Source: Candidatus Kaiserbacteria bacterium
GTDB taxonomy: Bacteria > Patescibacteriota > Minisyncoccia > Phycocordibacterales > UBA2100
Assembly: GCA_016186765.1 (NCBI GenBank)
Contig: JACPLD010000001.1
Span: 1 to 40,559, forward strand
Length of the DNA stretch: 40,559 bases
Direction: 5' to 3'
Positions 16,537 to 26,176 of the stretch are shown piece by piece (position 1 is the stretch's first letter; each line of letters begins with the position of its first letter). The translations under genes were made by a program, and so were the position numbers. Below the pieces are notes generated by a model that did no database searches, was not told where the DNA came from, and saw only the letters and a list, made by a program, of their open reading frames with translations.

Positions 16537-17916
16537 ATGGCGCGCGATGTAAAAGTTTTGAAATTTGGGGGGACTTCGTTGGGTTCTCCAGAAGCGGTAG
16601 AGCGAGTCGTTTCGATCATCCAACAAGCTGCCGCCTTCGCTAAAAGCTCCGGCGTGCCGAGGGCCGTCGTTGTCTCCGCGATGGGTGATGTCACCGATAC
16701 ACTCATAAAAATTGCAAACGTGGCTTCGCGCGAAGACCAGTCGTACAAAAAACTACTCGCGAGGCTCGAGCGAAGTCACATCAAGACGGTAAGGAAACTT
16801 GTGAGCGCTCGTAATCAGCAGAGCGCGGAGGAAGTTATTCATCGCATGTTTCGATACTTGAACGAAGCAGTGACGGGAGTTGCGCTTGTGCGCGATCTTT
16901 CGCCGCAGGCGATCGACTACGTCATGAGCTACGGTGAAAGACTCTCCGCGCACCTGCTCACCGAAGTGCTTAATGATAGAGGTATTGTCTGTGAGTATTT
17001 GAATGCACGCAAAATCATTACAACGGACGATCACTTCGGTGCGGCATCGGTTGACTTCAAAACGACCAACGCGAACATCAGGAAATATTTTCGCGTCCGA
17101 AGGAAGATCCAAATCGTAACGGGCTACATCGGCGCGACACGCGATGGGAAAACAACCACACTCGGACGCGGCGGAAGCGATTACAGCGCGGCCATTCTCG
17201 GGGCTGCGCTTCACGCGAAGGTCTTGGAGATTTGGACGGACGTCTCTGGGCTCTTCTCTGCCGATCCACGTCTCGTGAGAGGCGCCAAGGTTGTGCATGA
17301 GCTCGCGTTTGAAGAGGCGGGGGAGCTTGCCTATTTTGGCGCGAAGGTCCTGCACCCCAAAATGATTCTCCCCGCGATGCGAGAAAAAATCCCAGTCCGC
17401 ATTCTCAATACATTTCGGCCTTCCGATAAAGGCACGACAATCGTTTCAGGTTTTGCACAGCGGCGAAGCAAAAGTCGCACCGTGGAGGCTCTCACATTCA
17501 AGCGGCCGGTCATCGCCATTCATGTACATTCTCCTGAATTCTTTGACTCGAATGGTCTCATGACGCGCATATTTGAGGTGTTCGATAAGCACCGCACGAG
17601 CATCGACCTCGTGGCTACCTCAGTCGCTGGCGTTTCGCTCACCATCGACAACGACAAATACCTCAGCAACATCATTGCCGGTCTCAGTAAATACGGCGAA
17701 GTCAGAGTGGAACGCGGCAAAGCTATAGTCTGTGCCGTAGGGGGCAGCGTAAAGGCCGCCGGTGTCGCAGGCAGGATGTTCACCGTGCTCGGCAAGCGCA
17801 GTATTCCCGTCGAACTCATTTCGCAGGCCGCTTCCGGTGTCTCCATCACGTTCGTCGTGCGAGAGCGCGACGCCAAAAAAGCTCTTAAAGTTCTTCACAA
17901 GGAATATATAGAGTGA
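16537..17916 (+). CDS. lysC: Aspartate kinase
   Basis: VLKFGGTS, VVVSAMG, SYGERLSA, TTLGRGGSDYSAA, WTDV, ELAYFGAKVLHP; two ACT domains. TTGACA-17-TAGCGT upstream. Confidence 0.95.
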   Translation: MARDVKVLKFGGTSLGSPEAVERVVSIIQQAAAFAKSSGVPRAVVVSAMGDVTDTLIKIANVASREDQSYKKLLARLERSHIKTVRKLVSARNQQSAEEVIHRMFRYLNEAVTGVALVRDLSPQAIDYVMSYGERLSAHLLTEVLNDRGIVCEYLNARKIITTDDHFGAASVDFKTTNANIRKYFRVRRKIQIVTGYIGATRDGKTTTLGRGGSDYSAAILGAALHAKVLEIWTDVSGLFSADPRLVRGAKVVHELAFEEAGELAYFGAKVLHPKMILPAMREKIPVRILNTFRPSDKGTTIVSGFAQRRSKSRTVEALTFKRPVIAIHVHSPEFFDSNGLMTRIFEVFDKHRTSIDLVATSVAGVSLTIDNDKYLSNIIAGLSKYGEVRVERGKAIVCAVGGSVKAAGVAGRMFTVLGKRSIPVELISQAASGVSITFVVRERDAKKALKVLHKEYIE

Positions 17917-18010
17917 CGCTCGCGGGCATAAGCATTTTGGAGTCGCATATCCGCCTGCTGGCGGATTGCTCCCGCTCGCTTAGAGTTGCGAATGAAGGTA
18001 TAAATCAAGT

Positions 18011-19102
18011 ATGAAAAAAATTTCTGTCGGTATACTCGGCGCGACCGGCATGGTCGGCCAGAAATACATTCAACTCCTCGAAAACCATCCGTGGTTCGAG
18101 GTCGTCCACGCGGCAGCATCGCCGCAGTCGGCGGGGAAGAAATATAAAGATGTGCTCAAGAACGGATGGATTGTCGGTGGAAACGTTCCCGCACATGTCG
18201 CACAGCTCACCGTCGAAGATGTGGGCGACGTTTCGAAGGCCGCAAAGAAGTGCGCTTTTGTGTTCTCGGCATTTGAAATGCCGGAGAAGGATCTCATCAG
18301 GAAATACGAGAACGAGTATGCGGCCGCCGGAATGCCCGTTTTTTCAAACGCTTCTGCGCATCGCGGTACCGAGAACGTGCCAATACTCATCGCAGAGATC
18401 AATCCGCATCACCTCGAGATCATTCCCGCGCAGCAAAAGGCATATGGCTGGAAGAAAGGCTTCGTTGTGGTGAAGCCCAACTGTTCTCTCCAGAGCTACC
18501 TCACACCGATCTACGCGCTGATTGCCGCTGGCCACAAGGTAGAAAAACTCATCATTACAAGCATGCAGGCGGTTTCTGGGGCGGGGTATCCAGGCGTTGC
18601 GAGCTGGGATGTTATCGATAACGTTGTCCCGTTTATTTCCGGAGAAGAAGAGAAGACAGAGCAAGAGCCCTTGAAGATTCTGGGCGAGGCGAAGGAAGGG
18701 AAGTTTGTTCCATTTAAAGGTCTTACCATTTCCGCGCACTGCAACCGTGTCCCTGTTTCCGATGGCCATCTCGCGTGCGTGAATATTCTCTTCGGCAAGA
18801 AAAAGCCGGCGCGCGAGAAGGTTCTCGATATCTGGAAGAAGTTCCGTGGCGAGCCGCAGAAACTCAAGCTACCCTTTGCTCCGGAGCAGCCGATCATCTA
18901 CCGCGAGGAGCCGAATCGTCCGCAGCCGAAGACGGATCGCGATGCCGACAAGGGAATGGCCGTAACCGTGGGTCGCCTCCGGCTAGACAGCGTCTTCGAT
19001 TTCAAGTTCGTCGCGCTCTCCCACAACACAATCCGCGGCGCTGCCGGCGGCGGCATTTTGAACGCGGAGTTGGCGTTGAAGAAAGGCTACGTAGAGCCAT
19101 AA
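18011..19102 (+). CDS. asd: Aspartate-semialdehyde dehydrogenase
   Basis: GILGATGMVGQ, KPNCS, QAVSGAG, SAHCNRVPV.DGH, SHNTIRGAAGG. Confidence 0.96.
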   Translation: MKKISVGILGATGMVGQKYIQLLENHPWFEVVHAAASPQSAGKKYKDVLKNGWIVGGNVPAHVAQLTVEDVGDVSKAAKKCAFVFSAFEMPEKDLIRKYENEYAAAGMPVFSNASAHRGTENVPILIAEINPHHLEIIPAQQKAYGWKKGFVVVKPNCSLQSYLTPIYALIAAGHKVEKLIITSMQAVSGAGYPGVASWDVIDNVVPFISGEEEKTEQEPLKILGEAKEGKFVPFKGLTISAHCNRVPVSDGHLACVNILFGKKKPAREKVLDIWKKFRGEPQKLKLPFAPEQPIIYREEPNRPQPKTDRDADKGMAVTVGRLRLDSVFDFKFVALSHNTIRGAAGGGILNAELALKKGYVEP

Positions 19103-19194
19103 AGTGGCGTAAATCTTGCGATTCAGTGATAGCCATGGTATAGTTTCCGCAGTGCCGTCCAATCCCGGATCGCACAGCAATCGGGAGGTAACCG

Positions 19195-19842
19195 ATGCGT
19201 GTACGCATTATTGTTGCTCTCGTGATTGCGCTGTGCGCACTTGCGGGAGAAGTGTCCGCGGATGCTCCGCGAATGACGATCGGCGCCACAGCTAGTGCGC
19301 CGGCAGGATGGGTCCAGTTTTGCAAGAGTTTTGAACATGAGTGGGATTGCGATGTTCGGTCAAAAGTTCCACACGTAGTCACACTTACGCAAAATAAGTG
19401 GGATAGCCTCGTGCTGGTAAATTCATCGGTCAATGGCTCGATTAAGCCGAAGACTGATGAAGAACACTGGGGTTTCGACGATCCCACGTATGTTTTCAGG
19501 GATCGCGAAACCGGTATAAAGAGCGTGGACAGGTGGTCGTATCCGGATGACGGATACGGCGACTGCGAGGATTACGTCCTGCTTAAGCGCTGGAAGCTGG
19601 CGCAGGCAGGCTGGCCGCTCGATGCGCTTCTCATCACTGTCGTGCTCGACAAGGAGAATACGGGCCACGCCGTGCTCACGGTTGTCACCGACATGGGCGA
19701 GTTCATTCTCGACATCAAGGAGCCGGACATCCGGCTCTGGTCGGAGACCGGCTATCGCTTCAAAAAGCGACAGTCGCAGACAGATCCGAACGTCTGGGTC
19801 GCGATTAGCGACCCATCGAACGTCGGATCGGTCCTACCTTGA
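19195..19842 (+). CDS. Secreted transglutaminase-like cysteine peptidase (BTLCP/LapG-like, C93)
   Basis: Signal peptide, APAGWVQFC, GDCEDYVLLKR, GHAVLTV and FILD (Cys-His-Asp triad); GGGAGG SD. Confidence 0.9.
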   Translation: MRVRIIVALVIALCALAGEVSADAPRMTIGATASAPAGWVQFCKSFEHEWDCDVRSKVPHVVTLTQNKWDSLVLVNSSVNGSIKPKTDEEHWGFDDPTYVFRDRETGIKSVDRWSYPDDGYGDCEDYVLLKRWKLAQAGWPLDALLITVVLDKENTGHAVLTVVTDMGEFILDIKEPDIRLWSETGYRFKKRQSQTDPNVWVAISDPSNVGSVLP

Positions 19843-19876
19843 TAGTCCTTGGACACTCCAGGGACTATTTCTTTTT
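19842..19876 (+). terminator. Rho-independent terminator
   Basis: ATAGTCCTTGGA-CAC-TCCAGGGACTAT followed by a T-rich tract. Confidence 0.8.
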
Positions 19877-19915
19877 AGCGGGCATGATGTCAGAAAATAG
19901 GCTACAATACCGCCC

Positions 19916-21454
19916 ATGCTATCGGAGCCCGTACGGGAGCTGGTCGCTAAAGTCCATGCCGCCGAGGAGCTCTCTTCGGCTCCCCGGGGCGAGGTTCTCG
20001 AGCTCTCGACCATCGTGGGCAAGGCGGCCTCGCTCTACGAAAAGCTCCGCTACCTCATCGACTATCGCGAGGAGCACACGATCCGCCGCGCCGCGCTTGA
20101 GCGCATTCTCAAGCGTCGCGTTTTTATCGAGCAAAAAGCCGAGAGCGGCCTTGTGCTCTTGCAGGAATTGGTGGACGGCAAATACATTCTGAAGGAACTC
20201 GCGACCGAGGAGATCGCGCAAGACATCGATCGGATCATCGCACGCTACCTCGAGCTCTCGCACCTCGCGAAGGCAAACGGCTCGGTAGGCAGGCGTCTCG
20301 TCAGCTTCGCGGCGACAGAGATTGACGCGCACATCTCGCCGATCGAGTACGCGATAGATCACGAGAGTGCCGAGGCTCTCTACAAGAGTCTCAAGGGCCG
20401 CGCGAGCGCCTATGGGTATTCCGAAGAAGAAACGAATGCGCAACTCTACTGCGCGTGTTGGAGGGCGCTTCTGGGTGCGGACGATGACCGTCTCTCCTAC
20501 GCGCTATGGCTTCTCTACGTGCCGGGGTGGAATAATGGTGCTGACATTCGGGAAGTCGCGCAGAAGCTGTTCTCGATCATCGGAAACATTCGCCTCTCAG
20601 TGAAAGGCAATCTGCAGTGGCGCATGGCGCCCAAGATCAAGAACGAGGCCATCTACTTCCGCATTATACGCCGTGTGCTCGAGCTGCATCGCGGTAGCGC
20701 ACTGCACATACTCGAGAATCCAACGCAGCTTGATCAATTCACATGCGATTTTCTCGAGGAGACGTACGAGCATGAGAACGAGCGCATCCAAAAGAGTGGC
20801 ATTCGCGCCGTTATGTACCTTTTCGTTACGAAGATGGCGGTGGCGATCATCGCAGAGCTCCCGTACGAGATTTTTGTGCTCGGTGGGATCCACTACTTCC
20901 CGCTCGCGGTGAACGTGCTTTTTCATCCACTTCTGCTGTTTGCGCTTACCCGCCACGCGGGCGCATTGGATGAGGCGAACACGAACGCGATAATCGAAGG
21001 TTTGCATGCCGTTTTGTATGAGGGGAGGGTGCGTTCGGTGCGGGTGAAAAGTGCATACACGGGCTTCACCGTTGCCTTCAGTTTTGCCTACCTTGTACTC
21101 TTCATCATGGTTTTTGGGGGCGTTATCGGCGTGTTGCAACTGTTGAAGTTCAATCCCGTTTCGATCAGCCTCTTTCTCTTTTTCCTCGCACTCGTTTCGT
21201 ATTTCGCCTTCCGCATCCGCTACCGCGCCCGCCGCTGGAAGCTCGTGCGCGAGCAAGGAACGATCGCGATCATCCTCGGAGTATTCGCTGTGCCAATAGT
21301 GCGAGCAGGCGAGTGGCTCTCGCGGACGTTTTCCTCCATCAACGTCTTTGTGATCATCCTCGACTTCATCATCGAGACGCCTTTCAAGCGCCTGCTCCAT
21401 TTTGCTAATCAGTTTCTTATCTACCTACGTGAAAAGGGGGAGGAAATCAGGTAA
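19916..21454 (+). CDS. Hypothetical polytopic membrane protein (512 aa)
   Basis: Long ORF with a soluble N-terminal half and several C-terminal TM segments; TACAAT 7 nt before ATG. Confidence 0.8.
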   Translation: MLSEPVRELVAKVHAAEELSSAPRGEVLELSTIVGKAASLYEKLRYLIDYREEHTIRRAALERILKRRVFIEQKAESGLVLLQELVDGKYILKELATEEIAQDIDRIIARYLELSHLAKANGSVGRRLVSFAATEIDAHISPIEYAIDHESAEALYKSLKGRASAYGYSEEETNAQLYCACWRALLGADDDRLSYALWLLYVPGWNNGADIREVAQKLFSIIGNIRLSVKGNLQWRMAPKIKNEAIYFRIIRRVLELHRGSALHILENPTQLDQFTCDFLEETYEHENERIQKSGIRAVMYLFVTKMAVAIIAELPYEIFVLGGIHYFPLAVNVLFHPLLLFALTRHAGALDEANTNAIIEGLHAVLYEGRVRSVRVKSAYTGFTVAFSFAYLVLFIMVFGGVIGVLQLLKFNPVSISLFLFFLALVSYFAFRIRYRARRWKLVREQGTIAIILGVFAVPIVRAGEWLSRTFSSINVFVIILDFIIETPFKRLLHFANQFLIYLREKGEEIR

Positions 21455-21516
21455 TCACTCGCGGCAGTGTTTTCATTGGGTCATGTGGAAAAAATCATGC
21501 GAACCGATACAATCCC

Positions 21517-22854
21517 GTGATCATGACGAACAATCCGTGGGAGCAGGCGCTTGCGGAGCTTGAGAAGGCTGCGGCACACGCGAAGGTTCCGCGCTCGCTC
21601 GTGGAGCGCCTCCGGAAGCCCGATCGGGTTATCGAGGTTTCGGTTCCCGTCATGATGGATGATGGCCGAAGGGAAGAATTTCATGGCTACCGCGTGCAGC
21701 ACAACAACGTGCGTGGCCCGTATAAAGGGGGATTGCGCTTTCATCCAAAGGTGAATATGGACGAGGTGAAAGCGCTTTCGTTCTGGATGACGATCAAAAA
21801 CGCCATCGTAGATGTCCCGTTCGGGGGTGGAAAGGGAGGCATCACGGTCGATCCGAAGGGGCTTTCGGAAGCAGAACTGGAGCGTCTCACTAGGGGCTTT
21901 ACCCGAAAGCTCGCGCCGTACATCGGACCCGAGCAAGACGTGCCGGCGCCAGACGTGAACACGAACGCGAAGATCATGGGGTGGATCCGCGATGAGTACG
22001 AGCGAGAAGTCAAAAGTCAAAAGGTAAAAGGCCTGCCTGCCGGTAGGCAGGGCAAAAGTGATATGCCGAAGGGTTGGTTCGATGCGGTAGTGACAGGAAA
22101 GCCAATGGAGAGAGGTGGGTCGCAAGGCCGTGCCGAGGCGACGGGCCTCGGCGGCTTTTACGTGCTCTCGGAGATCATGCGACAAACAGGCCGCGCGCAT
22201 CGAGGTGCTTCCGTCGCGATCCAAGGTTTCGGCAATGTTGGCAGCCACCTTGCACAGAGCCTTAAGGATGCTGGTTTCTCGATCGTCGCGCTTTCCGATT
22301 CGAAGGGTGGCATCTACATCTCGAAAGGAATTCCTGATCTGAAGGCAGTTACGGAGTGCAAGGAAGGAAGTGGGAGACTCGCGGGGTGCTACTGTGTGGG
22401 AAGCGTCTGCGACCTCTCCAATGTGGAAGTCTTGGGCGGCCGCGACATCACCTCCGAGGAAGCGCTCACGCTTCCTGCCGACATCGTCGTTCCGGCTGCT
22501 CTCGAAAATGCCATCACGAAAGAAAACGCTGCCGACATTCAGGCGGGCATTGTTCTCGAGATGGCCAACGGCCCGACGACCCGAGAGGCGGATGAAATAC
22601 TCGGTAAGAAAGGCATCCTTGTAATTCCGGATGTGCTCGCCAACTCTGGCGGTGTCGCCGTCTCGTACTACGAATGGCACCAAAACATGCGCGGAGAAAC
22701 GTGGAAGAGAGAAGAGGTACTTCGGAAGCTCAAGGAAAAGATGCAGAGTGCGACACGCGCTGTGTATGCTACGTCGAAAGAGCACAACGTTTCGCTTCGC
22801 GATGCGGCATACATTGTCGCTCTCGAGCGTCTTGCCGAATCCACATCTATCTGA
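21517..22854 (+). CDS. gdhA: Glu/Leu/Phe/Val dehydrogenase (glutamate dehydrogenase-like)
   Basis: GPYKGGLRFHP, PFGGGKGG, DVPAPDVNT, VTGKP..GGSQGR.EATG, IQGFGNVG, EMANGPTT, PDVLANSGGV. Confidence 0.93.
   Translation: MIMTNNPWEQALAELEKAAAHAKVPRSLVERLRKPDRVIEVSVPVMMDDGRREEFHGYRVQHNNVRGPYKGGLRFHPKVNMDEVKALSFWMTIKNAIVDVPFGGGKGGITVDPKGLSEAELERLTRGFTRKLAPYIGPEQDVPAPDVNTNAKIMGWIRDEYEREVKSQKVKGLPAGRQGKSDMPKGWFDAVVTGKPMERGGSQGRAEATGLGGFYVLSEIMRQTGRAHRGASVAIQGFGNVGSHLAQSLKDAGFSIVALSDSKGGIYISKGIPDLKAVTECKEGSGRLAGCYCVGSVCDLSNVEVLGGRDITSEEALTLPADIVVPAALENAITKENAADIQAGIVLEMANGPTTREADEILGKKGILVIPDVLANSGGVAVSYYEWHQNMRGETWKREEVLRKLKEKMQSATRAVYATSKEHNVSLRDAAYIVALERLAESTSI
22009..22060 (+). repeat. Heptamer array plus 20-bp palindrome in frame in gdh
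   Basis: GTCAAAA GTCAAAA GGTAAAA GG[CCTGCCTGCCGGTAGGCAGG]GCAAAA GTG, encoding VKSQKVKGLPAGRQGKS. Confidence 0.85.
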
Positions 22855-22948
22855 TGTTTCGATGGAACAGACATTGTCATCGTGATATTATCAAGCAAGT
22901 TGACGTATTTTCGAATATTACTCGCTTTTAGTAACTCCCTTTGATTTT

Positions 22949-24637
22949 ATGCGAACGATGAAGATTCTTGCTCCCGTTATTGGCATACTTTTACTTGCCT
23001 TGCCTGCCTTTGGGCAGAGCATCGACGTAGAAGCTCAGATCGCATCCCTTCGCGCACAAATCAAACAGCTACAAGCATTGATCGCACAGTTGCAAGGGCA
23101 GTCCGGAAGTTCTCCTGCATGCATCAGTCTCTCGTACAATCTTTATGCTGATCAGACTGACGCAATGACAAATGGGGAAGTATCGAAACTCCAGCAATTT
23201 TTGGCGCAGGACTCTTCCGTTTATCCCTCCGGCTTTGTCACGGGCTACTTCGGTCCCATGACAGAAGCAGCAGTACAGCGTTGGCAAGCAGCACATGGCA
23301 TTGTGTCGTCTGGCTCGGCGGACACAACAGGATACGGATATGTCGGCCCAAAAACCCGCGCAGCGTTAGCGTGTGGCGGCATTCCTTCTTCGAATCAGCC
23401 ACCAGTCGTTCCATTACCGGTCACAAACAGTACCACCCCGGCGTGCAGTATCGTTGCGACGCCCAATCCAGCAAGTTTCGGGCAGACGGTGACGCTCACA
23501 TGGACTTCACAAAATGCTGTGAGTGCTCAATGGCAATCAGACACGTCAGGCAAAGATAACATCGCGGTTCCATCAAACACCCCAGGCACGAGCGGCGCAG
23601 CATATGTGATCGCCAACGTTCTTGGCAACCCCTACATCACACTTAAGGTCTTTGCGGCGAACGGTACTTCAAATATGTGCACGGCAACATTCGGTGTCCC
23701 GTCTCAATATCCCTCAATAGACGGACATGCCAATTCGTATGCGACGATCGATTCAGGTTCACTTACCACATCGTCACAAAATCCGACGATCACCGGTACA
23801 GCAAATATGAATGGCGTCGCAGTGCAAATTTATGATTCCTACAACGTGATAGTGTCTGGCAATGGTTTCGTGCCTGTTGTGAATGGACGCTGGTCAGTGA
23901 CTATTCCGCAAACGCTGCAACCAGGCGTATACAAGGTCGAGGTATTGGGAGCACCGATTCCTACAAATGCAACTCTTACGATCGTCGCGCAATCTCCTCC
24001 AACACCCACAGTAAATTTCCAAACTTCTCCTAATTCAATTTTGGTGGGGCAAGTCGCAACACTTTCATGGAGCTCAAGCAATGCTAATCGTTGCTACCTT
24101 CAAAGTAACTCAATCTACGAGCCGTGGCAGGAAACAGTTGCTGTAAACGGATCAAAGACGGTCATGCCGAACCAGACGACCTCGTACCGACTGATCTGCA
24201 CGAATGATCCAGGAACAGGGAAGGATGGACCATCAACTGAGAAAACCATCACGGTCAACCTTACTAATCCCACGCATGTGTTCAACGGATCCGGAGTCCA
24301 AATCAACTCTGGTCCGAATGCTGCTGCATACTTGGCAGCTGTAAACGTTGTACCGGGCAGTTCATTCACAATGTCTGGCACTGCATCCGTAAACGGGCCT
24401 CTCACGGTAGTGCTCGTTGAGATAAAGTATGCGGGTGGTACCGATTGGAATTCGGTCGGGAACTTGGTGAAAGATGGAAATGGCTATCTCGCCGTATCGA
24501 ACTCAGCTTCTATATCTGGAGGAGGCTGGTCAGCGGCGTTTGGGGGGCTTCCAGAAGGGTACTACCACATCCTTATATATGACGCGTCATACAATCTGAA
24601 AGGAAGCGGCTTTCTTGTCTCAACTTGGAAAGGTTGA
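22949..24637 (+). CDS. Secreted surface protein: coiled coil, peptidoglycan-binding domain, Ig/PKD-like repeats
   Basis: Signal peptide; QIASLRAQIKQLQ; EVSKLQQFL..TGYFGPMTEAAVQRWQ..G.VGPKTRAAL; Thr/Ser/Asn-rich beta repeats (TLTWTS, TLSWSS). Confidence 0.85.
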   Translation: MRTMKILAPVIGILLLALPAFGQSIDVEAQIASLRAQIKQLQALIAQLQGQSGSSPACISLSYNLYADQTDAMTNGEVSKLQQFLAQDSSVYPSGFVTGYFGPMTEAAVQRWQAAHGIVSSGSADTTGYGYVGPKTRAALACGGIPSSNQPPVVPLPVTNSTTPACSIVATPNPASFGQTVTLTWTSQNAVSAQWQSDTSGKDNIAVPSNTPGTSGAAYVIANVLGNPYITLKVFAANGTSNMCTATFGVPSQYPSIDGHANSYATIDSGSLTTSSQNPTITGTANMNGVAVQIYDSYNVIVSGNGFVPVVNGRWSVTIPQTLQPGVYKVEVLGAPIPTNATLTIVAQSPPTPTVNFQTSPNSILVGQVATLSWSSSNANRCYLQSNSIYEPWQETVAVNGSKTVMPNQTTSYRLICTNDPGTGKDGPSTEKTITVNLTNPTHVFNGSGVQINSGPNAAAYLAAVNVVPGSSFTMSGTASVNGPLTVVLVEIKYAGGTDWNSVGNLVKDGNGYLAVSNSASISGGGWSAAFGGLPEGYYHILIYDASYNLKGSGFLVSTWKG

Positions 24638-24644
24638 CCCGACC

Positions 24645-25042
24645 GTGGCTTCGCTTTCCTCATATGCTCCGGTTGTTCTTCGCTTTGGGCTCGTCGCGCT
24701 CTTTTGTGGTTTGGCGTCTCACAAGTGGACGATCCGAATGCGTGGGTCTCGTGGGTGCCGGAGTGGCCGACTGCGCTTTTCAAGATCGACGCGTACTCGG
24801 TTGTTCTTCTCAATGGCATCTTCGAATCGATTCTCGGCATGATGCTCTTGCTCGGTCTTTGGACGCGGTGGGTCGCTCTTTTTCTTTCTTTGCACCTCTT
24901 TTTCATTGCGTACGAGATTGGTTACAACGATATCGGGGTGCGGGATTTCACCCTTGCGGTTGCGACGCTTTCGCTCGCGCTCTGGGGAGACGATTGTTTC
25001 AGCATACTGAGTCTTTTTAGAAAGCGAGAGCAAAACTTTTAA
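24645..25042 (+). pseudogene. DoxX-family membrane protein with a 1-nt frameshift
   Basis: YAPVVLRFGLVALF in one frame continues as LWFGVSQ..GIFESILG..LGLWTR..IGVRD in another; the break is at TTTT 24702-24705. Confidence 0.7.
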
Positions 25043-25072
25043 ATTCTGCTCCGTTAGGGTAGAGTCCTACCA

Positions 25073-25837
25073 ATGGATCGTTTCATCCAAAAAATCGCGA
25101 AAGACGCTGGCCGGGCGGTCTTAAAGCGCTTCGGCAAAGAGGGTGTGCATCGTACGAAATCTCACGCGCGGTGGGATGTTGTAACGAAAGCCGATCTCCT
25201 CTCCGAAAAAATAATGATCTCGGCGATCCGAGGGACATACCCTCACCATGGGATAATTTCTGAAGAAAGCGGAGCGATCAATGAGAGTGCCGAATACGTC
25301 TGGATCCTGGATCCCATCGACGGCACCTTGAATTACTCGTTAGGTGTTCCTGCGTTTGGCGTCATGGTGTGTCTTGTGCATAAGGGGCATGTTCTCTTGT
25401 CTGCTATCAACATGCCGGCGACCAAGGAATTCTTTTTTGCAAAGGCGGGCCGTGGCGCCTATCTCAATGGCAAAAGAATACATTGCACAAAACCCAAGCG
25501 GCTTCGGACGACATTCGGCATGCACGGCACAACACTGAATCCGAGAACAACCCGCTTTCTCCAGCGTGTACTGCGTTTTAGCGTCCGCGGTCATATCTTA
25601 CTCGGCTCATTTTCGGGTCCTGCCAATGCATGTTATGTAGCGGCTGGCCGCAGGGATTGGGTTGTGTCCTTGAGCGGCAAAATCTGGGATTTTGCTCCTG
25701 TGTATCTTCTCCTTAAAGAGGCGGGGTGCACAGTGACCGACACGAAGGGTAAGCCATGGACGATGAAAAAGCTGGAATTGGTTGCTGCGAATCCTGTTCT
25801 TCACAAGCAACTTTTGAAATTGACCAAGGGTGTGTAA
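25073..25837 (+). CDS. Inositol monophosphatase family protein
   Basis: VTKAD, SEE, WILDPIDGTLNY, YVAAGR, WDFA. Confidence 0.92.
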   Translation: MDRFIQKIAKDAGRAVLKRFGKEGVHRTKSHARWDVVTKADLLSEKIMISAIRGTYPHHGIISEESGAINESAEYVWILDPIDGTLNYSLGVPAFGVMVCLVHKGHVLLSAINMPATKEFFFAKAGRGAYLNGKRIHCTKPKRLRTTFGMHGTTLNPRTTRFLQRVLRFSVRGHILLGSFSGPANACYVAAGRRDWVVSLSGKIWDFAPVYLLLKEAGCTVTDTKGKPWTMKKLELVAANPVLHKQLLKLTKGV

Positions 25838-25844
25838 AGGCTAC

Positions 25845-26156
25845 ATGTATAAAGTCGTCGTGTATGTGCCAGTTTCTGATGCGGAGAACGTCCGAAAGGC
25901 GATAGGAGACGCAGGCGGCGGGAAGATAGGCGCGTACACACACTGCAGCTTTTCGACGCGAGGGACGGGCAGGTTTGTACCGTCCGCGGAGGCGAAGCCC
26001 GCAATCGGAGAAGTAGGGAGGCCGCAAGAAGTCGAGGAGGAGCGCATCGAGTTTGTGTGCGAGACACACTGTATTGATGAAGTTATCGCCGCGATACGAA
26101 AGGCCCATCCCTACGAAGAGCCAGCGATTGAAGTGTGGAAGGTTGAAATGCGCTGA
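25845..26156 (+). CDS. YqfO/NIF3-insert (PII-like) family protein
   Basis: KVVVYVP, AGGGKIGAYTHCSF..GTGRF.P, AHPYEEPA. Confidence 0.88.
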   Translation: MYKVVVYVPVSDAENVRKAIGDAGGGKIGAYTHCSFSTRGTGRFVPSAEAKPAIGEVGRPQEVEEERIEFVCETHCIDEVIAAIRKAHPYEEPAIEVWKVEMR

Positions 26157-26176
26157 AAGAAGCAGTATCATGCGAT

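Noticed and set aside
21481-22785. 434-aa minus-strand ORF
   Set aside because: Antisense shadow of gdh.
22862-22885. MEQTLSS as the displaced start of DoxX, split by the surface-protein gene
   Set aside because: Only 7 codons, no convincing target duplication; cannot be supported without relatives.
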